Below the pieces are notes generated by a model, which saw only the letters and a program-made list of their open reading frames with translations, was not told the origin of the DNA and made no database searches. The translations under genes and the position numbers were made by a program. A stretch of 63,758 nt of DNA, the filler included, from Octopus bimaculoides (taxonomy: Eukaryota), in NCBI RefSeq assembly GCF_001194135.2. It is 7 parts of 7 records of this genome, joined end to end, with 100 filler letters (N's around TTAATTAATTAA, not from the genome) between each part and the next. Parts side by side here need not be neighbours in the genome. Positions count along the whole stretch, not along the records: positions 47,827 to 57,051 come from NC_068991.1; positions 57,152 to 59,473 come from NC_068982.1; positions 59,574 to 62,468 come from NW_026331750.1; positions 62,569 to 63,758 come from NW_026332071.1; 3 more parts are not named here. One strand, 5' to 3'. Positions 50,460-62,718 of this stretch are shown here, in pieces. Within the stretch, counting starts at the first letter, position 1, and each line of letters begins with the position of its first letter.

Positions 50460-51100
50460 TATCTTTTACTTGTTTCAGTCATTAGACTTCGGCCATGCTG
50501 GGGCACCGCTTCGAAGAGCTTTTAGGTGAATAAATCGACCCCATTACCTATCTTTTTGTAAAGCCTGGTACTTATTCTAGCGACCCCCGGCCCCTTTTAC
50601 CGAACTGCTAAGTCACGAGGACATAAACACACCAACACCAGCTGTTAAGCGGCGGTGTGGGACACATACACATACAATTAAATGCCCACTTACACTAGCA
50701 TGCATATATACACATACACANNNNNNNNNNNNNNNNNNNNNNNNNNNNNNNNNNNNNNNNNNNNNNNNNNNNNNNNNNNNNNNNNNNNNNNNNNNNNNNN
50801 NNNNNNNNNNNNNNNNNNNNNNNNNNNNNNNNNNNNNNNNNNNNNNNNNNNNNNNNNNNNNNNNNNNNNNNNNNNNNNNNNNNNNNNNATACATACACAC
50901 ACGCACACACACACACACATACATGTGTGTGTGCATACGACGGGCTTCCTTTAGTTTCCGTCTACCGAATCCAGACTCGAGGCTTTCGTTGCCCTGAGGC
51001 TGCTGTAGATGACACTTGCCCAAGATGTCATGCAGTGGGACTGAACCCGGAACCATGTGGTTAGGAAGGAAATATCTTACCACACAGCCACGCCTGCGCC
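50460..51100 (-). mobile_element. SINE family B spanning a gap at its internal microsatellite
   Basis: 3' part 50460-50690, 5' part 50930-51100. Confidence 0.85.
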
Positions 51101-51536
51101 TGTATATCCATAATTTCCCCCGCATCTAGCATGGTGCTACTGCAACACACGCGTGCACATACACATATACACACGCGCAAAACCATACATACACATACAA
51201 TTAAATGCCCACTTACACTAGCATGCATATATACACATACACAGCATATCATAGATCTCATCCCCGGTTCATTCACCAACGATCTTCAATCCTTGTTCCA
51301 CAAGTCGTTTAGGGAATCTCTACGTGATTATAGGAACTTCTAGAAAAGCACCCAAATACTCTCAAACGGCACCCTACTTTCTTCGAAGAAGGCACGCTGC
51401 TTAATATTTCCATGAGTTCTCTGGGCGTAAAGAAAACAAAGACAACATCGCACAGTTGGAAGGTATGAGCATGGGTTTCTACTCGATCTGGGCTCGCCTG
51501 GGATAAACATACCATCATCGTCATTATCAGAATCAC

Positions 51537-51568
<32 letters not shown>

Positions 51569-52649
51569 ACAACAACAACAACAACAACAACTGCCTCTTT
51601 CACTACCTATTCTACAGTTACTGCCACGGACCCTTCTTCTCTTAACTAGCTCATAGCATTTTTCGCCTCCACAGGGATCCAAGCACTCACTTCTTTTCCT
51701 CACGCCGATCCTCATTGAACCTTACTCCTCAAACACGTCACTCAACAATCNNNNNNNNNNNNNNNNNNNNNNNNNNNNNNNNNNNNNNNNNNNNNNNNNN
51801 NNNNNNNNNNNNNNNNNNNNNNNNNNNNNNNNNNNNNNNNNNNNNNNNNNNNNNNNNNNNNNNNNNNNNNNNNNNNNNNNNNNNNNNNNNNNNNNNNNNN
51901 NNNNNNNNNNNNNNNNNNNNNNNNNNNNNNNNNNNNNNNNNNNNNNNNNNNNNNNNNNNNNNNNNNNNNNNNNNNNNNNNNNNNNNNNNNNNNNNNNNNN
52001 NNNNNNNNNNNNNNNNNNNNNNNNNNNNNNNNNNNNNNNNNNNNNNNNNNNNNNNNNNNNNNNNNNNNNNNNNNNNNNNNNNNNNNNNNNNNNNNNNNNN
52101 NNNNNNNNNNNNNNNNNNNNNNNNNNNNNNNNNNNNNNNNNNNNNNNNNNNNNNNNNNNNNNNNNNNNNNNNNNNNNNNNNNNNNNNNNNNNNNNNNNNN
52201 NNNNNNNNNNNNNNNNNNNNNNNNNNNNNNNNNNNNNNNNNNNNNNNNNNNNNNNNNNNNNNNNNNNNNNNNNNNNNNNNNNNNNNNNNNNNNNNNNNNN
52301 NNNNNNNNNNNNNNNNNNNNNNNNNNNNNNNNNNNNNNNNNNNNNNNNNNNNNNNNNNNNNNNNNNNNNNNNNNNNNNNNNNNNNNNNNNNNNNNNNNNN
52401 NNNNNNNNNNNNNNNNNNNNNNNNNNNNNNNNNNNNNNNNNNNNNNNNNNNNNNNNNNNNNNNNNNNNNNNNNNNNNNNNNNNNNNNNNNNNNNNNNNNN
52501 NNNNNNNNNNNNNNNNNNNNNNNNNNNNNNNNNNNNNNNNNNNNNNNNNNNNNNNNNNNNNNNNNNNNNNNNNNNNNNNNNNNNNNNNNNNNNNNNNNNN
52601 NNNNNNNNNNNNNNNNNNNNNNNNNNNNNNNNNNNNNNNNNNNNNNNNN

Positions 52650-52694
<45 letters not shown>

Positions 52695-53611
52695 CATACA
52701 TACATACATATATATGTGTGTGTGTGTGTGTGTCCGTGCGCGTGTGTGTTCATATATGTGTGTGTATGTATATGCATATATACATACATACGCACACACA
52801 CACACACACACACACATATATAAATACATATATACACACAGGTATGTATATATGTTTGACTATATGTGTGTGTGTATACATATATATATATTCGATGAAT
52901 AGATGTGTATATATGTATACATACATACATGTACAAGCACGCGCATGCGCACACACACATACACATATATACGTACACGTGCACAAACGTATGAACACAT
53001 ACAATATGCCATAGATCGTATCTAGGCCTTCAATTAACACTCCGAATGTGTATGTTGATCTGATTTAAATGCACAGCAAAATTGTAAACAATTGTCTTCT
53101 ACAAATGTTCCATGATCAGAGAAAGTGAGATTAGTCTCTAAGTGTCCACGGAGATACTGTAATTATAACTACAATAATCGCAAAGACTTCCGTAGATCAG
53201 AGAAACCGACTGGTACACATAGAGAATTTGGCTGGGTCCGTTTCTTTGTGCTTTATGTTCCCGTTCCTTTTTGACGTCCTGTACCCGGATATGCATCTAT
53301 ATATACATGTAGATGTAGGTATGTACATATATGTATGTATACATGCTTATGCTCATATATCATTTGTATTATTATATATATATATATNNNNNNNNNNNNN
53401 NNNNNNNNNNNNNNNNNNNNNNNNNNNNNNNNNNNNNNNNNNNNNNNNNNNNNNNNNNNNNNNNNNNNNNNNNNNNNNNNNNNNNNNNNNNNNNNNNNNN
53501 NNNNNNNNNNNNNNNNNNNNNNNNNNNNNNNNNNNNNNNNNNNNNNNNNNNNNNNNNNNNNNNNNNNNNNNNNNNNNNNNNNNNNNNNNNNNNNNNNNNN
53601 NNNNNNNNNNN

Positions 53612-53647
<36 letters not shown>

Positions 53648-54019
53648 CACATTCAGGTGGTTCGGGTTGAATTTGATGATTTCTTACGTGTCCGTTTTTT
53701 TGTTTTTTTTTTCAGGAACAGCTTGATGTATTGGTGAACAATAGATTAATATAGTAGTTGAGAAAATGTTAGCGGATATGGAGAACTGGAAGTCATTGAA
53801 TATTGGAAAAGATTTACCTGTATCATGATAATTCATGCCAGGTATCAAAATGCTAACGTCATGACTACTGCTCAATGCCCTGTGAACGCTGTAAAAGCTG
53901 TAAGATGTGACAAGGACAGCTGCATCGCAGACTACGAAGCCATGGCCAGCACAAAGGGAGGAAGGGACATAACAGTCGTTGTGATTGAGCCTACACGCCG
54001 GAATTCACCCTACATCGTT

Positions 54020-54709
54020 AAACAAAGCCTTAAGTTCTATGCAGACGTCTATATAAAGCTGTTAGGGACTGTAGTCAAACCCTGGCTGGAGAAGGTTACT
54101 GTTGGAAGGCTATATGTGTGGTAAGAGGATTCGGTTGCTTGCCATATATGGAGAAGGAGTTAGAAATAGATGTCGGAGAATTTCTATGGCTTCACATCAT
54201 CAATTTCTGGCTTCTTAATTCTCCGATTTTAATCCCGTGGATTACTATGTATTGGGCGAGGTCCAAAAAGGCATCAACCGCTCTGCATGCAAAACCAAGG
54301 CTGAGCTGGCTGTCAAGATCAAGCTGGTATTCGAAAATCTTCTCATGAACACAGTGAGGTTAGGGGCACATGCACCAGGTTGTGGAGCCTTCGCGAGGCC
54401 GTGGTAGAAGCCGAGGGCATCTTCTTTGAGTAAGCTAAAAAAAAACCGGTTGTCGACGAAAGGTAACGCATGGTGACGGACGGAGACAAACGGTAATGGT
54501 GAGTGGCGGGTCGAGAATGTTGATAAATGGTTATAGAAGTCTGTATTGGCAACGAACACTAACGGATAGTAACGAATAAATCGCGAATGGTTGTATCTGA
54601 AACTAACTCTCAGCGATAATGAAGTGGACATTGTTATATTTTTGGATGAAATATTTTGTTTCCTTTTCCTTTTATGCAAACTGACAAATTTAGCCCGATC
54701 ACCCTGTAT
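54020..54709 (+). mobile_element. Tc1/mariner DD37D (maT-type) transposase remnant with right terminus
   Basis: YIKLLGTVVKPWLEKV..*EDSVACH..MSENFY..SPDFNPVDYYVLG..EAVVEAEGIFFE*; 37 residues between the last two Asp after frameshift repair; end CACCCTG|TA. Confidence 0.82.
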
Positions 54710-55680
54710 ATATATATATATATATATATACAATTATATAAATGTAATTATAATTAAGGGTACTGCAGAGGTACCACCATACTGGATATAGAAGTCAAAT
54801 CTGACTCTAGAACCACGACCATATAGCACATGGTGTCAGAGGGACAAATGGATTAGTCGAGTATATACGTGCATATATATGAATGTATACGAGCGAATAT
54901 GTAAGTATTCGTATATTGTATATATATATATATATATATATATNNNNNNNNNNNNNNNNNNNNNNNNNNNNNNNNNNNNNNNNNNNNNNNNNNNNNNNNN
55001 NNNNNNNNNNNNNNNNNNNNNNNNNNNNNNNNNNNNNNNNNNNNNNNNNNNNNNNNNNNNNNNNNNNNNNNNNNNNNNNNNNNNNNNNNNNNNNNNNNNN
55101 NNNNNNNNNNNNNNNNNNNNNNNNNNNNNNNNNNNNNNNNNNNNNNNNNNNNNNNNNNNNNNNNNNNNNNNNNNNNNNNNNNNNNNNNNNNNNNNNNNNN
55201 NNNNNNNNNNNNNNNNNNNNNNNNNNNNNNNNNNNNNNNNNNNNNNNNNNNNNNNNNNNNNNNNNNNNNNNNNNNNNNNNNNNNNNNNNNNNNNNNNNNN
55301 NNNNNNNNNNNNNNNNNNNNNNNNNNNNNNNNNNNNNNNNNNNNNNNNNNNNNNNNNNNNNNNNNNNNNNNNNNNNNNNNNNNNNNNNNNNNNNNNNNNN
55401 NNNNNNNNNNNNNNNNNNNNNNNNNNNNNNNNNNNNNNNNNNNNNNNNNNNNNNNNNNNNNNNNNNNNNNNNNNNNNNNNNNNNNNNNNNNNNNNNNNNN
55501 NNNNNNNNNNNNNNNNNNNNNNNNNNNNNNNNNNNNNNNNNNNNNNNNNNNNNNNNNNNNNNNNNNNNNNNNNNNNNNNNNNNNNNNNNNNNNNNNNNNN
55601 NNNNNNNNNNNNNNNNNNNNNNNNNNNNNNNNNNNNNNNNNNNNNNNNNNNNNNNNNTATATATATATATAAATATAAAC

Positions 55681-55716
<36 letters not shown>

Positions 55717-56328
55717 GACTTAATCCGTCGATCGGTTTAGCACCATCACCTGATGTTTGAGATGCTTTTAATGAAGTCCATTCTGTTGCAAGAATTCAGG
55801 TCTGCAGTTTAAGAATACCTACCTCCTCCTTTCCCACCTGAGACCCTGAAAAGACCATGGGCGTTGCTTTGCCTCCTCCGGCGAAGCGATAAGATGATTC
55901 AAATTAATCGTTCTATGTTTTGAGTTCAAACACCGTCGTAGCCAACTTAGTCTTCGACCCATCTAAAAAGTCAATAAGATAAGTATTGGTAATGTACTTA
56001 GGATTAATTTAATCGACTAAACACGTCTTGTGGACATATATCGATCTCAGTAATCGATATTTTAGTTTAAGTAAAATCAGTAGAGAAAACAGAAAACCAG
56101 ACAGTATGTATTTTCTCCATCCACTTTCTAATGTCAGCAAAGATCAAATCCAGCAAAGGTCAGTTCTGACGTTATTTCTTCAGGATCAATCAAACAATCA
56201 ACGCTTCCAGTAATACACTCAGGTCGATTCAATTGATTAAGAATAAATCAATATTACTGTTCAAATAGAGCAATTAAGTTCATTGTAGGTAGACGCCGTC
56301 AAAATTAACATAAAGTAAGTTCTATGTT

Positions 56329-56405
<77 letters not shown>

Positions 56406-56517
56406 CTCTTTCTATCTATTTATATGTACGTGCGCGCGCGTGTGTACACATGTACATAGATTCACATACATATCTATATACAAACAATCACACACATAAA
56501 CACATATATGAATGTGA

Positions 56518-56678
56518 GTATCGACTCCAGTGCTCAACTGGTACTTATTTTATCGACCACGGAAGGTTAAAGGGCAAAGTCGATGTCGACGGAATTTGAA
56601 ATCAGAAGAATGTGAATACGGACGGAATACTGCTAAGCATTTTGTTCGACCTGCTAACGATTGTGCCAGCTGGCCGCC
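56518..56678 (-). mobile_element. SINE family A
   Basis: Reverse-oriented head and core abutting an (AAT)n tract. Confidence 0.85.
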
Positions 56679-56730
56679 TAATCTAATAATAATAATAATA
56701 ATGGTAATAATAATAATAATAATAATAATG

Positions 56731-56762
<32 letters not shown>

Positions 56763-56764
<2 letters not shown>

Positions 56765-57051
56765 CGACAAAAAGCTAGAAACACTACTACAGACAGTACA
56801 CGGCTTTACCAAGGAAATAGAAATGAAATTCGGATTAGAAAAATGTGCCAAAGCAACCCTGAAAAGAGGAAAATTAGTTAAAAGTAGCAATATAACACTT
56901 GATAAAGCCAATGAAATAAGAGAACTAGACGAAAGCCAACCATATAAGTATTTAGGAGTCAATGAACTAGATAGGATACAACATACACAAATGAAAGAAA
57001 AAATAAAGAAAGAGTACTATAGACGAGTTAGATCAATACTAAAAACAGAGC
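56763..57051 (+). mobile_element. R4/Dong-type LINE RT fragment, frame uninterrupted
   Basis: LETLLQTVHGFTKEIEMKFGLEKCAKATLKRGK..YKYLGVNE..KKEYYRRVRSILKTE; begins directly after (AAT)n at 56682-56762. Confidence 0.9.
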
Positions 57052-57151
57052 NNNNNNNNNNNNNNNNNNNNNNNNNNNNNNNNNNNNNNNNNNNNTTAAT
57101 TAATTAANNNNNNNNNNNNNNNNNNNNNNNNNNNNNNNNNNNNNNNNNNNN

Positions 57152-57184
<33 letters not shown>

Positions 57185-57883
57185 CGATGTATATGCATAC
57201 GCGCACTCATAAAAATATATACATTACGCATAATAATATCGTTATTACAAGACACAATTTAATCAGATACAAGAAATAGGCCCACTGGGGCATCTGCATC
57301 ATGCTTCTAACTGTTGGCAGATGACCGTATTAACAATTCACTACCGATAACATGTCAATCTTTAACCGATACAAAGTGCTTCATGTTATATTTTTCTGCC
57401 TTCCCGTTCACGACCTTGATTAAACTTCGAAAAGCGTAGCAACTAATGGAGATATTTATAAGGGATGAGGTTGTGTAGTATGAAATTTGTTTCCCAACGA
57501 CATAGCTCCATAGTTGCACTGCTTATTACATTGGGTAACTGTCTTCAATTCTAGATAGGCTCGAGCCGACCAAAGCCTTGTGAATGGATTTGATTGACGG
57601 ACGCCGAAAGAAACCCTCTATGTATCTATATATATATACAACGTACGTACATACAAACATTCACACAACTGCATTTAAATTGACGTAATAGTTGCATTGT
57701 TCAATTAAATGGAGTCGCTTGAAACGATCGTACGGCATTACCTCTGGAAATCCTGTTGCTTATTTTGATTATAGATAAATATGTATATAAGAATATACAT
57801 AATAAGAATATATATAATTATATACATATATATAATTATATATATATATATATATATGAATACATACATATAATTATATATTT

Positions 57884-57932
<49 letters not shown>

Positions 57933-58284
57933 NNNNNNNNNNNNNNNNNNNNNNNNNNNNNNNNNNNNNNNNNNNNNNNNNNNNNNNNNNNNNNNNNNNN
58001 NNNNNNNNNNNNNNNNNNNNNNNNNNNNNNNNNNNNNNNNNNNNNNNNNNNNNNNNNNNNNNNNNNNNNNNNNNNNNNNNNNNNNNNNNNNNNNNNNNNN
58101 NNNNNNNNNNNNNNNNNNNNNNNNNNNNNNNNNNNNNNNNNNNNNNNNNNNNNNNNNNNNNNNNNNNNNNNNNNNNNNNNNNNNNNNNNNNNNNNNNNNN
58201 NNNNNNNNNNNNNNNNNNNNNNNNNNNNNNNNNNNNNNNNNNNNNNNNNNNNNNNNNNNNNNNNNNNNNNNNNNNNNNNNNNNN

Positions 58285-58314
<30 letters not shown>

Positions 58315-58317
<3 letters not shown>

Positions 58318-58520
58318 CTCTTTTACTTGTTTCAATGATTTGACTGCGTCCATGCTTTACTCGAGCAAATCGATCCCAGGACTTATTCTTTGTAAGCCTG
58401 GTACTTATTCTATCGGTCTACTTTGCCGAACCGCTAAGTTACGGGGACGCAAACACACCACTATCGGTTGTCAAGCGATGTTGGGGGGGACAAGCAGACA
58501 CGCAAACAAACACACACACA
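58315..58520 (-). mobile_element. SINE family B 3' part
   Basis: Family-B 3' blocks, near consensus. Confidence 0.9.
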
Positions 58521-58524
58521 CACT

Positions 58525-58560
<36 letters not shown>

Positions 58561-58589
58561 CACTTATATATATAAGTATATATATAAAT

Positions 58590-58622
<33 letters not shown>

Positions 58623-58629
58623 GGGACCA

Positions 58630-59030
58630 ATTCTGTAGATTTTTACTCCGCTTGAAACACTTTCCAACGTTTGCTTTTGGAAGTAGTAATTTTCTGATTG
58701 CAGCCCTCCCGTGAAATCTAGCTTGTGCATCTCCCAGCGACCAGTTTCCGTAGAAACTGAGTTCTCGAGGTGGTTATTAAACACTGCAGTAATTTTGAGA
58801 GCTTTCAATCAATTCGCGTATGAGTCCGACGGTTCCTATCTAAAAGTTTTGGTTTTCTTCTGGAGTTTTGTTTCGACGAGGAGTTCTCTCCCTCCTTCTC
58901 AAAGGTTGTCATTACTTTCGAGACAGTAGTTCTTGATACACCAAACATTTTGGCTGTTTTCGTTACACTAGCGCATGCCATACGGGCACCAACAATTTGA
59001 CCTCTTTGAAAGTCCGATGGATCTGTCGTT
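58630..59030 (-). mobile_element. Tc1-like transposase N-terminal (HTH) remnant
   Basis: SDFQRGQIVGARMACASVTKTAKMFGVSRTTVSKVM..RKPKL, then after a frameshift KITAVFNNHLENSVSTET..MHK. Confidence 0.88.
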
Positions 59031-59389
59031 TTAATGAATTTTAATTACCTTTTTCTGATGATATCTGAAAAGAAACAGCAATTTTAGCAAAGCATTAAGC
59101 AAAACTAATAATAAATGAAAAAAAATAATAAACAGGCTCATGATGGTTTTGTAGATATGTGTTTACATTGTATGTACGGATGTGTATGTAGTATGCGTGT
59201 TTTCATAAACGTGTCTCATATAGTGTGATGTGCCATTCAAGTTAGTATAAAGGATTGGGCTATGTGTGTGAGATGTAATTGGTGCTTTTGTGGGAGTAAT
59301 AAGAAAAGTTTGCAAGCATCACTGTGTGTTTATTTATACCCTGAGTATAGGTGGCTAAAGAAAATAACAGTTGTGAGTCATCAGCAATA

Positions 59390-59444
<55 letters not shown>

Positions 59445-59770
59445 ATATATATATGTACATATATATATATATANNNNNNNNNNNNNNNNNNNNNNNNNNN
59501 NNNNNNNNNNNNNNNNNTTAATTAATTAANNNNNNNNNNNNNNNNNNNNNNNNNNNNNNNNNNNNNNNNNNNNCATTTCTTTAATGGATTTGTCAGAAAA
59601 AGTCAGTGTGACACAGAATGTGACAAAGCTGGCCCTTTTTGAAATACAGGGAGCATGCATTTTTGCCAAAATGCTTGGGCTCTTATTGGATGAAATTTAA
59701 GTTAATCGACTGTTTTTCACAATGTTTAATATAAAACAAAATATTTACTGGTTTAAATGCATTTACTTAC

Positions 59771-59878
59771 CTTACAAGCAGCTGTTACATTTATAATATA
59801 TCCTTGGAACCCAACAAGAAAGATAAGATAAGTAGCAGCTAAAGAACTGCAAAAGTTTACTAAAATCTTGGAAGCCAT
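59771..59878 (-). CDS. Candidate first coding exon of an unidentified secreted or membrane protein (exon 59771-59894)
   Basis: Acceptor TTTCTTTTTTCTTTCTTCATTAATTCAG, donor AAG|GTAAGT; ATG at 59878 gives MASKILVNFCSSLAATYLIFLVGFQGYIINVTAACK (basic N-terminus, hydrophobic core, small residues at the end). Confidence 0.55.
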
Positions 59879-60914
59879 TAATTTCCATAGATTTCTGAAT
59901 TAATGAAGAAAGAAAAAAGAAATAATAATATTGCATTTAATTAACATAAATTTAATAGAAATTGCTCAAAGCACAAAAAATAAACTACAACTATGTATGT
60001 CGGTGATGGTCATTCGAAATGTAGAAGATATACGAAATATGCATTTAGAATATGTATATAGATGTGGTGAAAGTAGCTGTGTATAATGGTCTGTATGTAA
60101 TATAAANNNNNNNNNNNNNNNNNNNNNNNNNNNNNNNNNNNNNNNNNNNNNNNNNNNNNNNNNNNNNNNNNNNNNNNNNNNNNNNNNNNNNNNNNNNNNN
60201 NNNNNNNNNNNNNNNNNNNNNNNNNNNNNNNNNNNNNNNNNNNNNNNNNNNNNNNNNNNNNNNNNNNNNNNNNNNNNNNNNNNNNNNNNNNNNNNNNNNN
60301 NNNNNNNNNNNNNNNNNNNNNNNNNNNNNNNNNNNNNNNNNNNNNNNNNNNNNNNNNNNNNNNNNNNNNNNNNNNNNNNNNNNNNNNNNNNNNNNNNNNN
60401 NNNNNNNNNNNNNNNNNNNNNNNNNNNNNNNNNNNNNNNNNNNNNNNNNNNNNNNNNNNNNNNNNNNNNNNNNNNNNNNNNNNNNNNNNNNNNNNNNNNN
60501 NNNNNNNNNNNNNNNNNNNNNNNNNNNNNNNNNNNNNNNNNNNNNNNNNNNNNNNNNNNNNNNNNNNNNNNNNNNNNNNNNNNNNNNNNNNNNNNNNNNN
60601 NNNNNNNNNNNNNNNNNNNNNNNNNNNNNNNNNNNNNNNNNNNNNNNNNNNNNNNNNNNNNNNNNNNNNNNNNNNNNNNNNNNNNNNNNNNNNNNNNNNN
60701 NNNNNNNNNNNNNNNNNNNNNNNNNNNNNNNNNNNNNNNNNNNNNNNNNNNNNNNNNNNNNNNNNNNNNNNNNNNNNNNNNNACACACACTACGCCTATG
60801 CCCGTGAACAGTATCAATTATTTCCTTATCTGAATGTGTCAATGCATCTCAACGCTTCGAAAGCAAACTTTGTTTACTTTCATCGTAAGTTGAATATATA
60901 TATACGTATTCTTT

Positions 60915-61317
60915 TATTCTTTCTTTCATTTCTTTACTCGTTTCAGCCACCAGACTGNNNNNNNNNNNNNNNNNNNNNNNNNNNNNNNNNNNNNNNNNNN
61001 NNNNNNNNNNNNNNNNNNNNNNNNNNNNNNNNNNNNNNNNNNNNNNNNNNNNNNNNNNNNNNNNNNNNNNNNNNNNNNNNNNNNNNNNNNNNNNNNNNNN
61101 NNNNNNNNNNNNNNNNNNNNNNNNNNNNNNNNNNNNNNNNNNNNNNNNNNNNNNNNNNNNNNNNNNNNNNNNNNNNNNNNNNNNNNNNNNNNNNNNNCAG
61201 GTTTCTTCTACCAAACTCACTCACAAGACTTCGTTCAGCTCGCGGCTATAGTAGGAGACACTTGTCTAAGATGTGATGCAGCAGGTCTGATCTCCGGATC
61301 ATGTGGTTGGGAAGCTG
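60915..61317 (-). mobile_element. SINE family B spanning a gap
   Basis: 3' end at 60915-60957, 5' part at 61198-61317. Confidence 0.7.
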
Positions 61318-62623
61318 TGTGTGTGTGTGTGTNNNNNNNNNNNNNNNNNNNNNNNNNNNNNNNNNNNNNNNNNNNNNNNNNNNNNNNNNNNNNNNNNNNN
61401 NNNNNNNNNNNNNNNNNNNNNNNNNNNNNNNNNNNNNNNNNNNNNNNNNNNNNNNNNNNNNNNNNNNNNNNNNNNNNNNNNNNNNNNNNNNNNNNNNNNN
61501 NNNNNNNNNNNNNNNNNNNNNNNNNNNNNNNNNNNNNNNNNNNNNNNNNNNNNNNNNNNNNNNNNNNNNNNNNNNNNNNNNNNNNNNNNNNNNNNNNNNN
61601 NNNNNNNNNNNNNNNNNNNNNNNNNNNNNNNNNNNNNNNNNNNNNNNNNNNNNNNNNNNNNNNNNNNNNNNNNNNNNNNNNNNNNNNNNNNNNNNNNNNN
61701 NNNNNNNNNNNNNNNNNNNNNNNNNNNNNNNNNNNNNNNNNNNNNNNNNNNNNNNNNNNNNNNNNNNNNNNNNNNNNNNNNNNNNNNNNNNNNNNNNNNN
61801 NNNNNNNNNNNNNNNNNNNNNNNNNNNNNNNNNNNNNNNNNNNNNNNNNNNNNNNNNNNNNNNNNNNNNNNNNNNNNNNNNNNNNNNNNNNNNNNNNNNN
61901 NNNNNNNNNNNNNNNNNNNNNNNNNNNNNNNNNNNNNNNNNNNNNNNNNNNNNNNNNNNNNNNNNNNNNNNNNNNNNNNNNNNNNNNNNNNNNNNNNNNN
62001 NNNNNNNNNNNNNNNNNNNNNNNNNNNNNNNNNNNNNNNNNNNNNNNNNNNNNNNNNNNNNNNNNNNNNNNNNNNNNNNNNNNNNNNNNNNNNNNNNNNN
62101 NNNNNNNNNNNNNNNNNNNNNNNNNNNNNNNNNNNNNNNNNNNNNNNNNNNNNNNNNNNNNNNNNNNNNNNNNNNNGACCGATATAGTAGTAATAGTAAA
62201 GATATTACTTTTCTGAATTAACTCTACTTAAACACACAGGACTTCCCTCTCTCACTCCCTCCCTCCGTCCCTCTCTTTTTCTCATGTCATCCTTACTGTG
62301 AGTCGCTTATAAAAACCTGCACTAAAATTATTGTTCAATTCAATAATCCTTCCTCAAAGTGACAACATTCTGGAATTCTCTTCACATCCATGATTTTCTT
62401 GCAGACATCAACCGCGTCATGCTTACCAATCTGTGAAAGACCCACAAACTGATGGACACTGTCTGGATNNNNNNNNNNNNNNNNNNNNNNNNNNNNNNNN
62501 NNNNNNNNNNNNTTAATTAATTAANNNNNNNNNNNNNNNNNNNNNNNNNNNNNNNNNNNNNNNNNNNNACCACCACCACAATGAAGTATATTTAGACAGA
62601 ATATAAACACCACTTCTACTCAC

Positions 62624-62718
62624 CTTCTTACTGGTAGCTGACCAATTAATTTGTATCGTAATGATTCACATTGAGCTATGGCACACAAACCACGGGTGGC
62701 CACTTTTTCAGCATACAG
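62624..62718 (-). CDS. RPS3: 40S ribosomal protein S3 (uS3), internal 95-nt exon
   Basis: TTTTTTGTTGCAG|CTG TAT GCT GAA AAA GTG..AGA AG|GTGAGT; encodes [31 protein letters not shown](R). Missed by the ORF track. Confidence 0.96.

Noticed and set aside
50665-51243. ~56-bp exact duplicate at 50665-50720 and 51188-51243
   Set aside because: One copy abuts a gap within a microsatellite; a misplaced contig end is the simplest explanation.
59049-59064. 16-nt minus-strand microexon-like segment (TTTTCAG..AAG|GTAATT)
   Set aside because: Within the Tc1 5' region, not frame-preserving.
32-62221. Most ORF-track entries (HTHT, YIYI, CVCV, RERE, poly-I, poly-X proteins)
   Set aside because: Translations of microsatellites or N runs; no coding signal.
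62335-62468. 43-codon minus-strand frame PDSVHQFVGLSQIGKHDAV..LLN* next to the gap, in RPS3 orientation
   Set aside because: Only PDSV resembles the RPS3 PDHV tail; the rest does not. Start hidden by the gap, so unassignable.
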